64,000 bases of DNA from Candidatus Omnitrophota bacterium (GCA_016192545.1 JACPTX010000054.1:4421-68420), one strand, 5' to 3'; positions 12,853-26,312 are shown, numbered from the stretch's first letter. Notes: generated by a model from the sequence alone, not told the origin. Translations and numbers: made by a program.

Positions 12853-14322
12853 ATGCGTGTCTTTGTGAAGGCGGGTCGAGGTGACGGGTTGCAGGTCGTG
12901 GCGGCGCTCGAAGGCGACGCGAAACCGGAGCGGTTCCTGCCGGTGGCGGCGCTGCGCGACCGCGAGCTGGGGCGGCTCGCCGCCGGGGCGGGATTCCGGG
13001 GCGCGGCCAACGAGACCGTGCTCTTGCCGCGCGGCCCCCAATGGGTGTTGGTGGTGGGGCTCGGCAAGTCCAAGGACCTGTCGCTTGAGCGCCTCCGGCA
13101 GTTCGCCGGCACCGCGTCCCGCGCCGCCCGTTCGCGCGGGTTCCGCCGCGTGGTCCTGCCGGTCCTCTATGACCGGGCGCTGGGTCCGGCCTCCGGCGTG
13201 GCGCAGGTGCTGGTGGAAGGCGCGCTGCTCGGCCTGTACCGCTACGACCGGTTCCGGCGATTGCCGAAGCATGAGCGCGGCAAGCGGGTTGACGCCCTCA
13301 CCATTGTCGTCGGGCGCTCCAGCGAAGTCGGCGAGGCCAGGCGCGGGGCGGAGAAGGGACAGATCCTGGCGGAATCCGTGTCGTTTGCGCGCGACCTCAT
13401 CAACGGGCCGTCGAACGTCGTCACCCCGACCGTGCTGGCGAACGAGGCGCGGGCGCTCGCCAGGCGGCACCGGCTCTCCTGCACGGTCATGCCGTTCGCC
13501 CGGCTGAAGCGGCTCGGGTTCGGCGGGGTCGTCGGGGTCGCGCAGGGCAGCGCCCACCCGGCGCAGTTCATCGTCCTGGATTACCGGCCTTCGCGCGCGA
13601 AGAGGACGTTCGCGCTCTGCGGCAAGGGCATCACGTTCGACTCCGGGGGCATCAGCCTCAAGCCCGCGGAGAAGATGGAGCAGATGAAGTACGACATGTC
13701 CGGCGCGGCGGCGGTGCTGGGTGCGGTGCAGGCCGCGGCGCGGCTGCGCCTGCCCTCCCGGATCGTCGGGATCATCGCGGCGACCGAGAACCTGCCCTCC
13801 GGGACCGCGCAGAAGCCCGGCGACGTGCTGAAGACGCTCTCCGGCAAGACCGTCGAGGTCATCAACACCGACGCCGAGGGGCGGCTGGTGCTGGCGGACT
13901 GCCTCCAGTACGCCAAACGCTACAAGCCGGACTGCGTGGTGGACCTGGCGACGCTGACCGGCGCGTGCGTCGTCGCGCTGGGCGGCGAGGCGATTGGGCT
14001 GTTCACGAAGGACGAGAAGCTGGCGGCCCGGCTGAACGAAGCCGGCAAGCTCACGCACGAGCGGGTCTGGCGGCTGCCGCTGTGGGACGAGTATGCGCCG
14101 CTCATCAAATCCGACGTGGCGGACGTCAAAAACGCAGGCGGCCGTGAAGGCGGGGCGATCACCGCCGCCAAATTCCTCGAGGAGTTCGCCGGCGGGCTGC
14201 CGTGGGTGCACCTGGACATCGCCGGCACGGCCTGGGTCGACAAGGACAAGCCCTACGTGCCGAAGGGCGCGGTCGGGGTCGGGATCCGGCTGCTGATTCA
14301 ACTGATGGAACGCTGGAGGTAA
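12853..14322 (+). CDS. pepA: leucyl aminopeptidase (M17)
   Basis: NTDAEGRLVLAD signature; 489 aa. Confidence 0.9.
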   Translation: MRVFVKAGRGDGLQVVAALEGDAKPERFLPVAALRDRELGRLAAGAGFRGAANETVLLPRGPQWVLVVGLGKSKDLSLERLRQFAGTASRAARSRGFRRVVLPVLYDRALGPASGVAQVLVEGALLGLYRYDRFRRLPKHERGKRVDALTIVVGRSSEVGEARRGAEKGQILAESVSFARDLINGPSNVVTPTVLANEARALARRHRLSCTVMPFARLKRLGFGGVVGVAQGSAHPAQFIVLDYRPSRAKRTFALCGKGITFDSGGISLKPAEKMEQMKYDMSGAAAVLGAVQAAARLRLPSRIVGIIAATENLPSGTAQKPGDVLKTLSGKTVEVINTDAEGRLVLADCLQYAKRYKPDCVVDLATLTGACVVALGGEAIGLFTKDEKLAARLNEAGKLTHERVWRLPLWDEYAPLIKSDVADVKNAGGREGGAITAAKFLEEFAGGLPWVHLDIAGTAWVDKDKPYVPKGAVGVGIRLLIQLMERWR

Positions 14323-14331
14323 CGCGCGACC

Positions 14332-14949
14332 ATGCCGCAGAGCGACGACGAAGTGAGACGGCTCAAGCAGGTGCTGGAACTTCCTTCCGCGAAGGAGTGG
14401 GAGGCCGCGGTCCGGCTGCTGCTCAAGCTGATGGGCGAGAATCCGGACCGCCCGGGCCTGCGGCGCACGCCCCTGCGCGTCAAGCAGGCGCTGCAATTTT
14501 TCACCTCCGGCTACCGCCAGGACCCCTCGAAGTTCTTCAAGCGCGCGCTCGCGAAGGTCAAGCACGACGAGATGATCATCGTGAAAGACATCGACTTCTC
14601 GTCGCTGTGCGAGCACCACCTGCTCCCGTTTTACGGCAAGTGCCACGTCGCGTACATGCCGGACAAGAAGGTCATCGGCCTGAGCAAGATCCCGCGGCTG
14701 GTGGATCTGTATGCCCGACGCCTGCAGGTGCAGGAGCGCCTTACCCAGCAGATCGCCGGGGCCGTTCAGGAATACGTCCGGCCGCGCGGCGTGGCCTGCG
14801 TGATGGAGGCCCAGCACCTGTGCCTCATGATGCGCGGGGTGCAGAAGCAGAACACGCGGGCGGTGACCAGCGCGATGCTGGGCGTGTTCCGCACCGACGA
14901 GAAGACGCGCGCGGAGTTCCTCACACTGATCCGTTCGCCGCTCGCCTGA
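14332..14949 (+). CDS. folE: GTP cyclohydrolase I
   Basis: The product contains [18 protein letters not shown] and QERLT.QIA motifs. Confidence 0.95.
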   Translation: MPQSDDEVRRLKQVLELPSAKEWEAAVRLLLKLMGENPDRPGLRRTPLRVKQALQFFTSGYRQDPSKFFKRALAKVKHDEMIIVKDIDFSSLCEHHLLPFYGKCHVAYMPDKKVIGLSKIPRLVDLYARRLQVQERLTQQIAGAVQEYVRPRGVACVMEAQHLCLMMRGVQKQNTRAVTSAMLGVFRTDEKTRAEFLTLIRSPLA

Positions 14950-15830
14950 TGCGGCGGGTCTTCCTCTTAGCCGTGGCGCTCCTCGCGGCGCCGTCCTCGA
15001 GCGTCCCCGCTGAGACCGAGCGCGTGGGCATTCTCATCCTCGCGCACGGCGGCTCCAACCGCTGGAACAGCATGGTCCACAAGGCGGTGCGCGAGGCGGA
15101 CCTTGAGCAGCCGACGGAGCTGGCGCTGGGGATGGGGATGCACGGGGAGGAAGTCCGCAGCTTCCAGCAGGCGGTGGACCGGCTGGAACGCAAACAGGTC
15201 TCCCGCATCGCCGTGGTGCCCTTGTTGGTCTCCTCGCACTCCGAGGTCTACCGGCAGTTCGAGTATCTCTTCGGCCTGCGCCGGACCGCGGAGTGGCCCG
15301 AGGTCGCGCCGCTGCGGCTGGAAGTTCCCATCGTCATGGGCCACGGACTTGATGATCACCCGCTGGTGGGCGAGGTGGCGCTGGAGCGGGCCAAGCGGCT
15401 CAGCCGCAGGCCGGACCGGGAAACCGTGGTGCTCGCGGCGCACGGGCCCAACGACGAGACGGACAACCAGCGATGGCTGGCCGATCTGCGGGCGGCCGCG
15501 CAGTTCGTGAAGGAGCGCGGCGCCTTTCGCGACGTGCTGACGGTGACCATGCGGGATGATGCGCCGAACGCGGTCAAGGACCAGGCCGACCGGCAGTTCC
15601 GGGAGCTGGTCCGGGCGGCCGGCGAGGAGGGGCGCGTCCTCATCGTGCCGGTGCTGATCGCGCGGGGCGGGATTGAGCGCAAAATCCCGAAGATCCTCGC
15701 GGGGCTGTCGTACGCGTTTTCCGGGGATACGCTGCTGCCGGACCGGCGGGTGGTCGGATGGATCGCCCAAGAGGCCGGCCGGTTGGCCGCCCACCCCAGT
15801 AGCGAAGCCGGCGAAGCTGTGGTAAAATGA
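14949..15830 (+). CDS. CbiX/SirB-like chelatase-fold protein with signal peptide
   Basis: Internal ATG 14949 overlaps the folE stop. Two repeated halves (ILILAHGG..., VVLAAHGP...). The upstream part of ORF 14202-15830 is out-of-frame overlap with pepA/folE. Confidence 0.6.
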   Translation: MRRVFLLAVALLAAPSSSVPAETERVGILILAHGGSNRWNSMVHKAVREADLEQPTELALGMGMHGEEVRSFQQAVDRLERKQVSRIAVVPLLVSSHSEVYRQFEYLFGLRRTAEWPEVAPLRLEVPIVMGHGLDDHPLVGEVALERAKRLSRRPDRETVVLAAHGPNDETDNQRWLADLRAAAQFVKERGAFRDVLTVTMRDDAPNAVKDQADRQFRELVRAAGEEGRVLIVPVLIARGGIERKIPKILAGLSYAFSGDTLLPDRRVVGWIAQEAGRLAAHPSSEAGEAVVK

Positions 15831-15835
15831 GGTGA

Positions 15836-17197
<1,362 letters not shown>

Positions 17198-17213
17198 GAG
17201 GCGCAGACCGAGG

Positions 17214-17459
17214 ATGGAGTTGCACAAACAATTGGGGCTGCATCTGAAAAAACTGAACAAAGCGATCCGGCGGATGGTGGCGACCTCCGCCGAGTGTGAC
17301 GAGCTCCGCAAGCTCCTGCGCGAGGAGCAGGTGGAGCTGGCGATCTACGTGGTGCCTCTGATCGGCGGCAAGCCCGCCGGCATCAGCGAAGCGCTGAGCT
17401 TCGAGCTGACCGACGACGACCGGACCTTCCTCAAGCACGCCGGCATCCGATTCGACTGA
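17214..17459 (+). CDS. hypothetical 81-aa protein
   Basis: ORF preceded by a GGAGG-type RBS; no recognisable family. Confidence 0.45.
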   Translation: MELHKQLGLHLKKLNKAIRRMVATSAECDELRKLLREEQVELAIYVVPLIGGKPAGISEALSFELTDDDRTFLKHAGIRFD

Positions 17460-17464
17460 GCTTA

Positions 17465-17517
17465 GAGGGGTCTGACCCCGTCTGATAAACCGTCGCGCTT
17501 GAGGGGTCTGACCCCTC
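17465..17517 (+). repeat. family B palindromic repeat
   Basis: Cores at 17467-17479 and 17503-17515. AAGGAGG and the aldolase ATG follow. Confidence 0.85.
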
Positions 17518-17543
17518 TTTATCAAAAGGAAAAGGAGGGACCC

Positions 17544-18479
17544 ATGAAACGTCCGCTGACGTTGGAAGACCTGGACCTGCCGGTCGGGAAGAAGACGCGG
17601 CTGTACCGGCTGTTCTACAAGTACGGGCCAGGGGGCGGCAAGCTGATGGTCCTGCCCATCGATCAGGGGCTGGAGCACGGGCCGCGCGATTTTTTTGTGA
17701 ACCCGGACAGCGCCAACCCGGAGTTTCAGCTTCGGCTGGCGCTGGAAGGCGGCTTCTCGGCCATCGCCTTCCAGGTCGGGCTGGCGGAGAAATACCTGCG
17801 GACGTTCGCCGGCAAGGTGCCCCTCATCCTCAAAATCAACGGCAAGACCGAAATCCCTCCGGACGACGAGGCCTTCTCCCCCTGCAACGCCTCCGTCGAG
17901 GATGCGGTGCGCCTCGGGGCGGACGCGGTGGGCTATACGTGTTATGTCGGCTCACCCAGGCAGGACGAGGACTTCATCCAGTTCGGCCGCGTGCGCCGGG
18001 AAGCCGAGCGGGCGGGGCTGCCGGTCATCATGTGGGCCTACCCGCGCGGCAAGCACATGGAGCAGAAGGGCGGGCGCGACAGCTTCTACGCGGTCGACTA
18101 CGCCGCGCGCATCGCGCAGGAGCTGGGGGCGGACGTGGTCAAGGTGAACATCCCGAAGTTCAATGAGGAGAAGCGCGCGCTGTATCCGAAGCCGTACAAC
18201 GAGCTGAAGCTGACGGCGACGGAGATGCTGGAGCACGTCGTCGCCTCCGCGGGCCGGACGCTCGTGATCATCTCCGGCGGGTCGAAGCGGGGCGATGAGG
18301 CGCTGTTCGACGACGTGCGCACGTGTCTGGAGGCCGGGGTCGCCGGCTTCATCTTCGGCCGCAACTTCTGGCAGCGCCGGTTCGGCGAGGCGCTGGAGGT
18401 CGCCGGCCGCATCACGAAGATGCTACAGGAGACGGCGGGGCGCGCCACGGTGGAAAAATCCGTCGCGGGAGTCCGGTGA
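17544..18479 (+). CDS. class I fructose-bisphosphate aldolase (DhnA/FbaB family)
   Basis: 311 aa from ATG 17544 (RBS AAGGAGG). DeoC/FbaB-like TIM barrel with the VKVNIPK lysine region. Confidence 0.75.
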   Translation: MKRPLTLEDLDLPVGKKTRLYRLFYKYGPGGGKLMVLPIDQGLEHGPRDFFVNPDSANPEFQLRLALEGGFSAIAFQVGLAEKYLRTFAGKVPLILKINGKTEIPPDDEAFSPCNASVEDAVRLGADAVGYTCYVGSPRQDEDFIQFGRVRREAERAGLPVIMWAYPRGKHMEQKGGRDSFYAVDYAARIAQELGADVVKVNIPKFNEEKRALYPKPYNELKLTATEMLEHVVASAGRTLVIISGGSKRGDEALFDDVRTCLEAGVAGFIFGRNFWQRRFGEALEVAGRITKMLQETAGRATVEKSVAGVR

Positions 18480-18486
18480 GGAGGTC

Positions 18487-20355
<1,869 letters not shown>

Positions 20356-20356
20356 C

Positions 20357-20408
20357 GGGGTCAGACCCCGTCAGTTGAGGCCGTCGTTCTTGAGGGGTCT
20401 GACCCCTC
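20357..20408 (+). repeat. family B palindromic repeat
   Basis: Cores at 20357-20369 and 20394-20406, starting directly after the alpha-subunit stop. GAGGAGGA and the beta-subunit ATG follow. Confidence 0.85.
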
Positions 20409-20421
20409 TTGAGGAGGAAGC

Positions 20422-21279
20422 ATGGCGCAGGTGAAGGAATATCAGGGGCTCGTGAAGCCGGACTGGTGCCCGGGCTGCGGGGACTTCGGGGTGTTGAACG
20501 CCCTGCAGCGGGCGCTGGCCGACCTGGACATCGCGCCGCACAACGTGCTGGTGGTGTCGGGGATCGGCTGTTCCTCGAACCTGCCGGGATTCATCCGCGC
20601 CTATGGGTTTCATGGGCTCCACGGGCGGTCGCTGCCGGTGGCCGCGGGCGCGAAGCTCGCCAACCACGAGCTGACCGTCATCGCGGCGGGGGGAGACGGG
20701 GACGGCTACGGCATCGGGGCCGGCCACTTCATCCACACCTGCCGGCGGAATTTCAACATGACCTACATCGTCATGGACAACCAGATCTACGGCTTGACGA
20801 CCGGCCAGGCCTCTCCGACGACGGAGAAGGACATCCGGACCAAGTCCACGCCGGAGGGCACCATCGAGATTCCGCTGAACCCGGTCGCGCTGGCCCTGAC
20901 CTGCGGGGCGACGTACGTCGCGCGGGGCTTTTCCGGGGAGAACCTGCAACTGGCCAATCTGATGAAGGGCGCCATCGAGCATAAAGGCTTCGCGCTCGTG
21001 GACGTGTTCTCGCCGTGCGTGACCTACAACAAGCACAACACCTACCCGTGGTTCAAGGAGCGGATCTACAAACTGGAAGACGAGAAGCACGATCCGGCCA
21101 ATTTCCAGGCGGCGATGGAGCGCGCGTTTGAATGGGGCAACCGCATCCCGATCGGGCTGTTCTTCAAGGTGGAGCGGCCGACCTACGAAGACGAGGAGCC
21201 GGCTCTGCGCAGCGGCCCGCTCGTCAGGCAGCCGTTGCGGCGCACGAATCTGGCCGCGGTGATGGAGGAGTTCCTCTAG
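20422..21279 (+). CDS. 2-oxoacid:ferredoxin oxidoreductase beta (TPP-binding) subunit (set 1)
   Basis: WCPGCGDFG and GGDGDGYGIG TPP motifs. Confidence 0.9.
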   Translation: MAQVKEYQGLVKPDWCPGCGDFGVLNALQRALADLDIAPHNVLVVSGIGCSSNLPGFIRAYGFHGLHGRSLPVAAGAKLANHELTVIAAGGDGDGYGIGAGHFIHTCRRNFNMTYIVMDNQIYGLTTGQASPTTEKDIRTKSTPEGTIEIPLNPVALALTCGATYVARGFSGENLQLANLMKGAIEHKGFALVDVFSPCVTYNKHNTYPWFKERIYKLEDEKHDPANFQAAMERAFEWGNRIPIGLFFKVERPTYEDEEPALRSGPLVRQPLRRTNLAAVMEEFL

Positions 21280-21286
21280 AAAATAA

Positions 21287-21338
21287 GGGACGTTTCTATT
21301 TTTCAATAGGGCAGGCAGCGGAAAAATAGAAACGTCCC
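21287..21338. repeat. family C AT-rich palindromic repeat
   Basis: Arms 21287-21303 and 21322-21338 are perfect 17-nt complements. Confidence 0.8.
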
Positions 21339-21346
21339 CCTTAAAT

Positions 21347-22330
21347 ATGGAAAGAAGGTGCGTGGCGCTCGTGTCAGGCGGACTCGACAGCACCCTCGCC
21401 GCCAAGCTCATGCTTGAGCAGGGGATTGACGTGCGGGGGCTGTTTTTGTCCATGAGCTGGGGGTGCTGCGAGAAGCCGAAGGCCCAGGCCGCCGCCCGGC
21501 AGCTCGGCATCCCCCTCATGATCCTCAGCGTCGGGGACGCGTACCTCGACGTCATCCGCGCGCCCAAGTACGGCTACGGCACCCAGATGAACCCCTGCGT
21601 GGACTGCCGCATCTACATGTTCCGGATCGCCAAGCGGTATATGGAGGAAGCCGGCGCCGGATTCCTCGTCACCGGGGAGGTGGTGGGGCAGCGGCCGATG
21701 TCGCAACGGAAACGGCCCCTGGCGATCATCGAGCAGGACAGCGGGCTGGATGACCTGCTGCTGCGCCCCCTGTCCGCGCAGCTTCTCGACCCGACCCTGC
21801 CTGAGCGCCTCGGGGTGGTGGACCGGTCCCGGCTGCTGGCGCTCTCCGGCCGGTCGCGCCACGAGCAGATCGCGCTCGCCGCCCGCTACGGCATCACCGG
21901 CTATTCGCAGCCCGCCGGCGGGTGCCTGCTGACCGACGAGGGCTTTGCGGCCAAGACCAAAGACCTGTTCGCGCACGATGAGCGCCCGACGACCAAAGAC
22001 ATGGAATTGTTAACCATCGGCCGCCATCTCCGCCTCACGCCCTCGACGAAGGTCATCCTGGGGCGCAACGAGCTGGAGAACCTGCTGTTGGAGGGGTACG
22101 CCGGCGAGGGGTACGCGGTCATCACGCCGAAGTTCCCGGGTCCGGCCGCGATGGTCATCGGCGTCCTGAATGATGAGACGAAGGCCGCGGCGCTCCGGTT
22201 GGTCCTTCAGCACACGAAAGCGGAAAAGCTGCCTGAAGGCGCGCTGGAATTTCGCTGCGGCGCGGATCGCTGGACGGTCGACAAAGACACGCTGCAACCG
22301 GTGATGAATGCTGCGGAGATCAACGCATAA
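21347..22330 (+). CDS. PP-loop ATP pyrophosphatase, ThiI/MnmA-like putative tRNA sulfurtransferase
   Basis: SGGLDS PP-loop at the N-terminus and a CVDCR cysteine pair. Confidence 0.6.
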   Translation: MERRCVALVSGGLDSTLAAKLMLEQGIDVRGLFLSMSWGCCEKPKAQAAARQLGIPLMILSVGDAYLDVIRAPKYGYGTQMNPCVDCRIYMFRIAKRYMEEAGAGFLVTGEVVGQRPMSQRKRPLAIIEQDSGLDDLLLRPLSAQLLDPTLPERLGVVDRSRLLALSGRSRHEQIALAARYGITGYSQPAGGCLLTDEGFAAKTKDLFAHDERPTTKDMELLTIGRHLRLTPSTKVILGRNELENLLLEGYAGEGYAVITPKFPGPAAMVIGVLNDETKAAALRLVLQHTKAEKLPEGALEFRCGADRWTVDKDTLQPVMNAAEINA

Positions 22331-24090
22331 TGGCTGACTGCGTGTTTCGGGTCGGGGGCGAGGGCGGGGAAGGCGTCATCTCCACCGGCGAGCTGCTGAC
22401 GCTGACGCTGGCGCGGGCCGGCTACGAGATCTACACCTTCCGGACGTATCCCGCGGAGATCAAGGGGGGACACGCGAACTACCAGGTCCGGGCGTCGGAC
22501 AAGCTCCTGCTGTCGCAGGGCGCGCAGGTGGACGTGCTGGTCGCGTTCAACGAGGAGGCCTACCAGAAGCACATCAAGGACCTGCGCAGCGGCGGCGTCC
22601 TCCTGTATGACGCGGACAGCTTCACCCCTCCGCCGGCCGATTCCGCGATCTTCTACGGCATCCCGCTGACGTCGCTCGCCACGGAGAAAGTCGGGGTCAA
22701 GCTGACCAAGAACATCGTGTCGCTCGGCGTCATGTCCTCGCTGTTCGACATCCCCATCGAGACATTCGAGGAGCTCCTCAAAGAGCGGTTCGGCCGCAAA
22801 GGCGAGACGGTGGTCCAGAAGAACCTCCAGGCGCTGCGGGTCGGCTACGACTACATCAAGACCCAGCAGAAGAAGGACGCGATCCGACTCGGCCCCGGCC
22901 CCCGCCAGGCGAAAGAGCTGGTGATGTCCGGCAACGAGTCGCTGGCCCTCGGGGCGATCGCCTCGGGGCTGAAGTTCTATTTCGGGTATCCGATCACGCC
23001 GGCGACCGACATCATGGAATTCCTCGCCAAGGAGCTGCCCAAGATCGGCGGGTTCGTCGTGCAGACCGAGGATGAGATTTCCGCCCTCGGGGCGGTGCTG
23101 GGGGCGTCCTTCAGCGGAGCCAAGGCGATGACCGCGACGTCGGGCCCCGGATTTTCGCTCATGATTGAGATGCTGGGGCTGGCGGAGATGAGCGAGACGC
23201 CGGCCGTCGTCGTGGACGTCCAGCGGGTCGGCCCCTCCACCGGCATGCCCACCAAGACCGAGCAGGGCGACCTGTACCTGGCGGTCTACGGCGGGCACGG
23301 GAGCTGCCCGAGGGTTGTCCTGGCGCTGTCCAGCGTCGAGGACTGCTTCTACGGCATCATGCAGGCGTTCAACATCGCCGAGCGGTTCCAGATGCCGGTG
23401 ATCGTGCTGTCCGACCAGTATCTGGGGCACCGCAAGGCGACCGTGCCGAAGCCTGATCCGTCCCGCGTGCAGATCATCAACCGGCTCGCGCCGACCGCCG
23501 AGGAGCTGAAGGCGGGGTACAAGCGCTACCGCTTCACCGACAGCGGCGTCTCGCCCATGGCGGTCCCGGGCACGGAAGGGGGGCACTACGTCGCCGAAGG
23601 GCTGGAGCATGACGAGATCGGCTATCCGGCGGCGTCGAATCACGAGAATCACCTGCGGATGACCGAGAAGCGCTACAAGAAATTCCAGGCCGTGGAGGCC
23701 ATCGCCAATGAGCTGGTCAATCTGTACGGCGTGGAGCACCCGGAGATCGGGATCATCGGCTGGGGCTCCTCCGAGGGCGTGATCCGCGAGGCGGTCCAGA
23801 TGGCGGTGGACCAGGGGTATTCCGTCGGGGCGCTGCACCCCAAGATCCTCTATCCGCAGCCGCTGGCCAAGCTGCGTCCCTTCATCGAGGGGGCGAAGGC
23901 GGTCATCATCCCGGAGCTCAACTACACGGGGCAATTTGCGACCCTGTTGCGCAAGCGTTTCGCCCTGGACTTCATCCAGTTGAACAAGGTGATCGGGCTG
24001 CCGTTCACGCCGAGGGAGATTTTCGACAAAATTGTGGAGGTCGCCGAGCATGTCCGCGCAGGCCGCCGAAATCTCGCCGCAAGAGTATAA
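22330..24090 (+). CDS. 2-oxoacid:ferredoxin oxidoreductase, fused gamma-alpha subunit (set 2)
   Basis: Paralogue of 18487-20355 (GGEGGEGVISTGE start, same domain order). Confidence 0.85.
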   Translation: MADCVFRVGGEGGEGVISTGELLTLTLARAGYEIYTFRTYPAEIKGGHANYQVRASDKLLLSQGAQVDVLVAFNEEAYQKHIKDLRSGGVLLYDADSFTPPPADSAIFYGIPLTSLATEKVGVKLTKNIVSLGVMSSLFDIPIETFEELLKERFGRKGETVVQKNLQALRVGYDYIKTQQKKDAIRLGPGPRQAKELVMSGNESLALGAIASGLKFYFGYPITPATDIMEFLAKELPKIGGFVVQTEDEISALGAVLGASFSGAKAMTATSGPGFSLMIEMLGLAEMSETPAVVVDVQRVGPSTGMPTKTEQGDLYLAVYGGHGSCPRVVLALSSVEDCFYGIMQAFNIAERFQMPVIVLSDQYLGHRKATVPKPDPSRVQIINRLAPTAEELKAGYKRYRFTDSGVSPMAVPGTEGGHYVAEGLEHDEIGYPAASNHENHLRMTEKRYKKFQAVEAIANELVNLYGVEHPEIGIIGWGSSEGVIREAVQMAVDQGYSVGALHPKILYPQPLAKLRPFIEGAKAVIIPELNYTGQFATLLRKRFALDFIQLNKVIGLPFTPREIFDKIVEVAEHVRAGRRNLAARV

Positions 24091-24904
24091 GACCGACGAA
24101 CATCCCATCTGGTGCCCCGGCTGCGGGGACTTCGGGGTGCTGGCCTCGCTCTACCAGTCGCTCGCCGCGCTGAAGATCCATTCGAAGGATCTCGTCGTGG
24201 TCTCCGGCATCGGCTGTTCCGGCCGCACGCCGGGGTTCGTGAAGTCCTACGGCTTCCACGTTGTGCACGGGCGCGTGCTGCCGGTGTCGCTCGGCGTGAA
24301 GCTGGCCAACCCGAAGCTGACCGTGATCGGCGTCGGCGGGGATGGGGACGGGTTTGCGATCGGCGGGGGCCATATCGCGCATGCGGTGCGCCGCAACTTT
24401 GACGTGGCCTACCTGGTGATGGACAACGCGACCTACGGGCTGACGAAGGGGCAGTATTCCCCAACCGCGCCGAAAGGCTTCATGGCCGGCTCCACCCCGT
24501 ACGGCAACATCGAGAAACCGATCAACCCGCTGGCGATGCTGATCGGCTACGGCGCCACCTTTGTGGCGCGCGGCTATTCCGGCAAGCCGAGGGAATTGGC
24601 GGACCTGATCACCCGCGCGATCGAGCACAAGGGCTTTGCGTTCATGGACATCATCAGCCCCTGCATCACGTTCTACAACACCTACAAGGTGATCCCGCCG
24701 CAGCTCGCGGAGGTGCCGAAGGACCACGACGCGACGAGTCGGACCCGCGCGTTCGAGCTGGCGCTGCGCGAGGACAAGGTCTACCTGGGCGTGTTCTATC
24801 AGACCCAGGAGCCCACGTTCGAAGAGGGGGTGGCGCAGGTCATCAAGGCCGCGCAGGCCTCGGCGCCGCCCCGCCTCGACGAGATCTTCGCGGAGTTCGC
24901 GTAA
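24050..24904 (+). CDS. 2-oxoacid:ferredoxin oxidoreductase beta subunit (set 2)
   Basis: WCPGCGDFG and GGDGDGFAIG motifs. ATG 24050 lies 9 nt after GGAGG and overlaps the alpha-subunit 3' end. Confidence 0.85.
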   Translation: MSAQAAEISPQEYKTDEHPIWCPGCGDFGVLASLYQSLAALKIHSKDLVVVSGIGCSGRTPGFVKSYGFHVVHGRVLPVSLGVKLANPKLTVIGVGGDGDGFAIGGGHIAHAVRRNFDVAYLVMDNATYGLTKGQYSPTAPKGFMAGSTPYGNIEKPINPLAMLIGYGATFVARGYSGKPRELADLITRAIEHKGFAFMDIISPCITFYNTYKVIPPQLAEVPKDHDATSRTRAFELALREDKVYLGVFYQTQEPTFEEGVAQVIKAAQASAPPRLDEIFAEFA

Positions 24905-24920
24905 GCCGTCCGGCCGACGC

Positions 24921-26312
24921 ATGGCGACCCGGCTTGAGCGCGATTTCCTCGGCACCAGGCGCATCCCCGCCTCCGCCTACTACGGCATCCAGACGTTCCG
25001 CGCCGTCGAGAACTTTCCCATCAGCGGCCTGCGGCTGCCCGTCGAGATGGTGCGGGCGTACGGCCTGATCAAGAAGGCGGCGGCCCTCACCAACGCGCAG
25101 CTCGGCCTGCTGGCCAGGCGACACGGCCGGGCCATCGTGCGCGCCTGCGATGAGCTGCTGCAGGGGAAGTTCGCCGACCAGTTCGTGGTGGACGTGTATC
25201 AGGCCGGCGCCGGCACGTCGGTCAACATGAACGTCAACGAAGTGCTCGCCAACCGCGCCAACGAATTCCTGGGGGCGCGGCGGGGCACCTACCGCCCTGT
25301 CCATCCGAACGACCACGTGAACATGGCCCAGTCCACCAACGACACGTTTCCGACGGCGCTCCGGCTGGCCGCGCTCATGAAGACCCCTCCGCTGCTGGAG
25401 TCGCTGGAGGAGCTTGAGCGAGTCCTGCGGCGCAAGGCGCGCCAGTTCGCCCCCGTGGTCAAGCCGGGCCGCACGCATCTGCAGGATGCGGTGCCGGTGC
25501 GGCTGGGCCGCGAGTTCGGGGCGTATGCCCTGGCGGTCGCAAAATGCCGCCGGCGGATTGACGACACCGCGCGGCTCCTCCATGAATTGAACCTCGGCGG
25601 CACGGCGGTCGGCACGGGCTTGAACGCCCATCCGCGCTACCGGACGGCGGCCATCCGCCTGCTGCGGCGCTGGACGGCCTTCCCGGTGCGCCCGGCTGAA
25701 GACCTGATGGAGTGCACGCAGAGCCTGGGGGATTTCGCGCGCCTGTCCTCGAGCCTGCGGGAGTACAGCTTGGAATTGATCCGGATTGCCAATGACCTGC
25801 GGCTGATGAGCTCCGGGCCGCATACGGGGCTGGGGGAGATTGACCTGCCGGCCGTGCAGCCCGGCAGCTCCATCATGCCGGGGAAGGTGAATCCCGTCGT
25901 CGCCGAGATGACCGCCATGGTGGCGTTTCAGGTGATCGGCCACGACGCGACGGTCGCGATGGCGTGTCAGGCCGGGCAGCTGGAGCTCAACGTCATGATG
26001 CCCGTGGTGGCGTACAATCTCCTGCAGCCGATGCAGATTCTCACGACGACCAGCCGCGTCCTGGCCCGCCGGTGCGTGGCGGGGATCACCGTCCATGCCG
26101 CCCGGTGCCGGGCCGATGCGCAGCGGAGCCTGGCCTTGGTGACCGCCCTGGCCCCCACGATCGGGTATCTGCACGCCGCCAACGTGGCCAAGCGCTCGCT
26201 GGCCAGCGGCAGGCCGATCATCGAGCTGGTGGTTGAGCACGGACTCCTGTCGCGGCGAGACGCCGCGCGCCTCCTCGATCCGGCGAAATTGGCCGGCCCG
26301 CCCCGCGTTTGA
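24921..26312 (+). CDS. aspA: aspartate ammonia-lyase (fumarase/aspartase class II family)
   Basis: GSSIMPGKVNP signature. The N-terminus (ERDFLGTRRIPASAYYGIQTFRAVENF) resembles AspA more than FumC. Confidence 0.8.
   Translation: MATRLERDFLGTRRIPASAYYGIQTFRAVENFPISGLRLPVEMVRAYGLIKKAAALTNAQLGLLARRHGRAIVRACDELLQGKFADQFVVDVYQAGAGTSVNMNVNEVLANRANEFLGARRGTYRPVHPNDHVNMAQSTNDTFPTALRLAALMKTPPLLESLEELERVLRRKARQFAPVVKPGRTHLQDAVPVRLGREFGAYALAVAKCRRRIDDTARLLHELNLGGTAVGTGLNAHPRYRTAAIRLLRRWTAFPVRPAEDLMECTQSLGDFARLSSSLREYSLELIRIANDLRLMSSGPHTGLGEIDLPAVQPGSSIMPGKVNPVVAEMTAMVAFQVIGHDATVAMACQAGQLELNVMMPVVAYNLLQPMQILTTTSRVLARRCVAGITVHAARCRADAQRSLALVTALAPTIGYLHAANVAKRSLASGRPIIELVVEHGLLSRRDAARLLDPAKLAGPPRV

Noticed and set aside
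14202-14948. N-terminal 249 codons of ORF 14202-15830; likewise the 5' extensions of ORFs 59321-61315, 18295-20355, 40708-42849, 11500-12816 and 47091-48872.
   Set aside because: The extensions run out of frame across upstream genes or across repeats. Homology, RBS position and stop/start overlaps all point to the internal starts given in the features.
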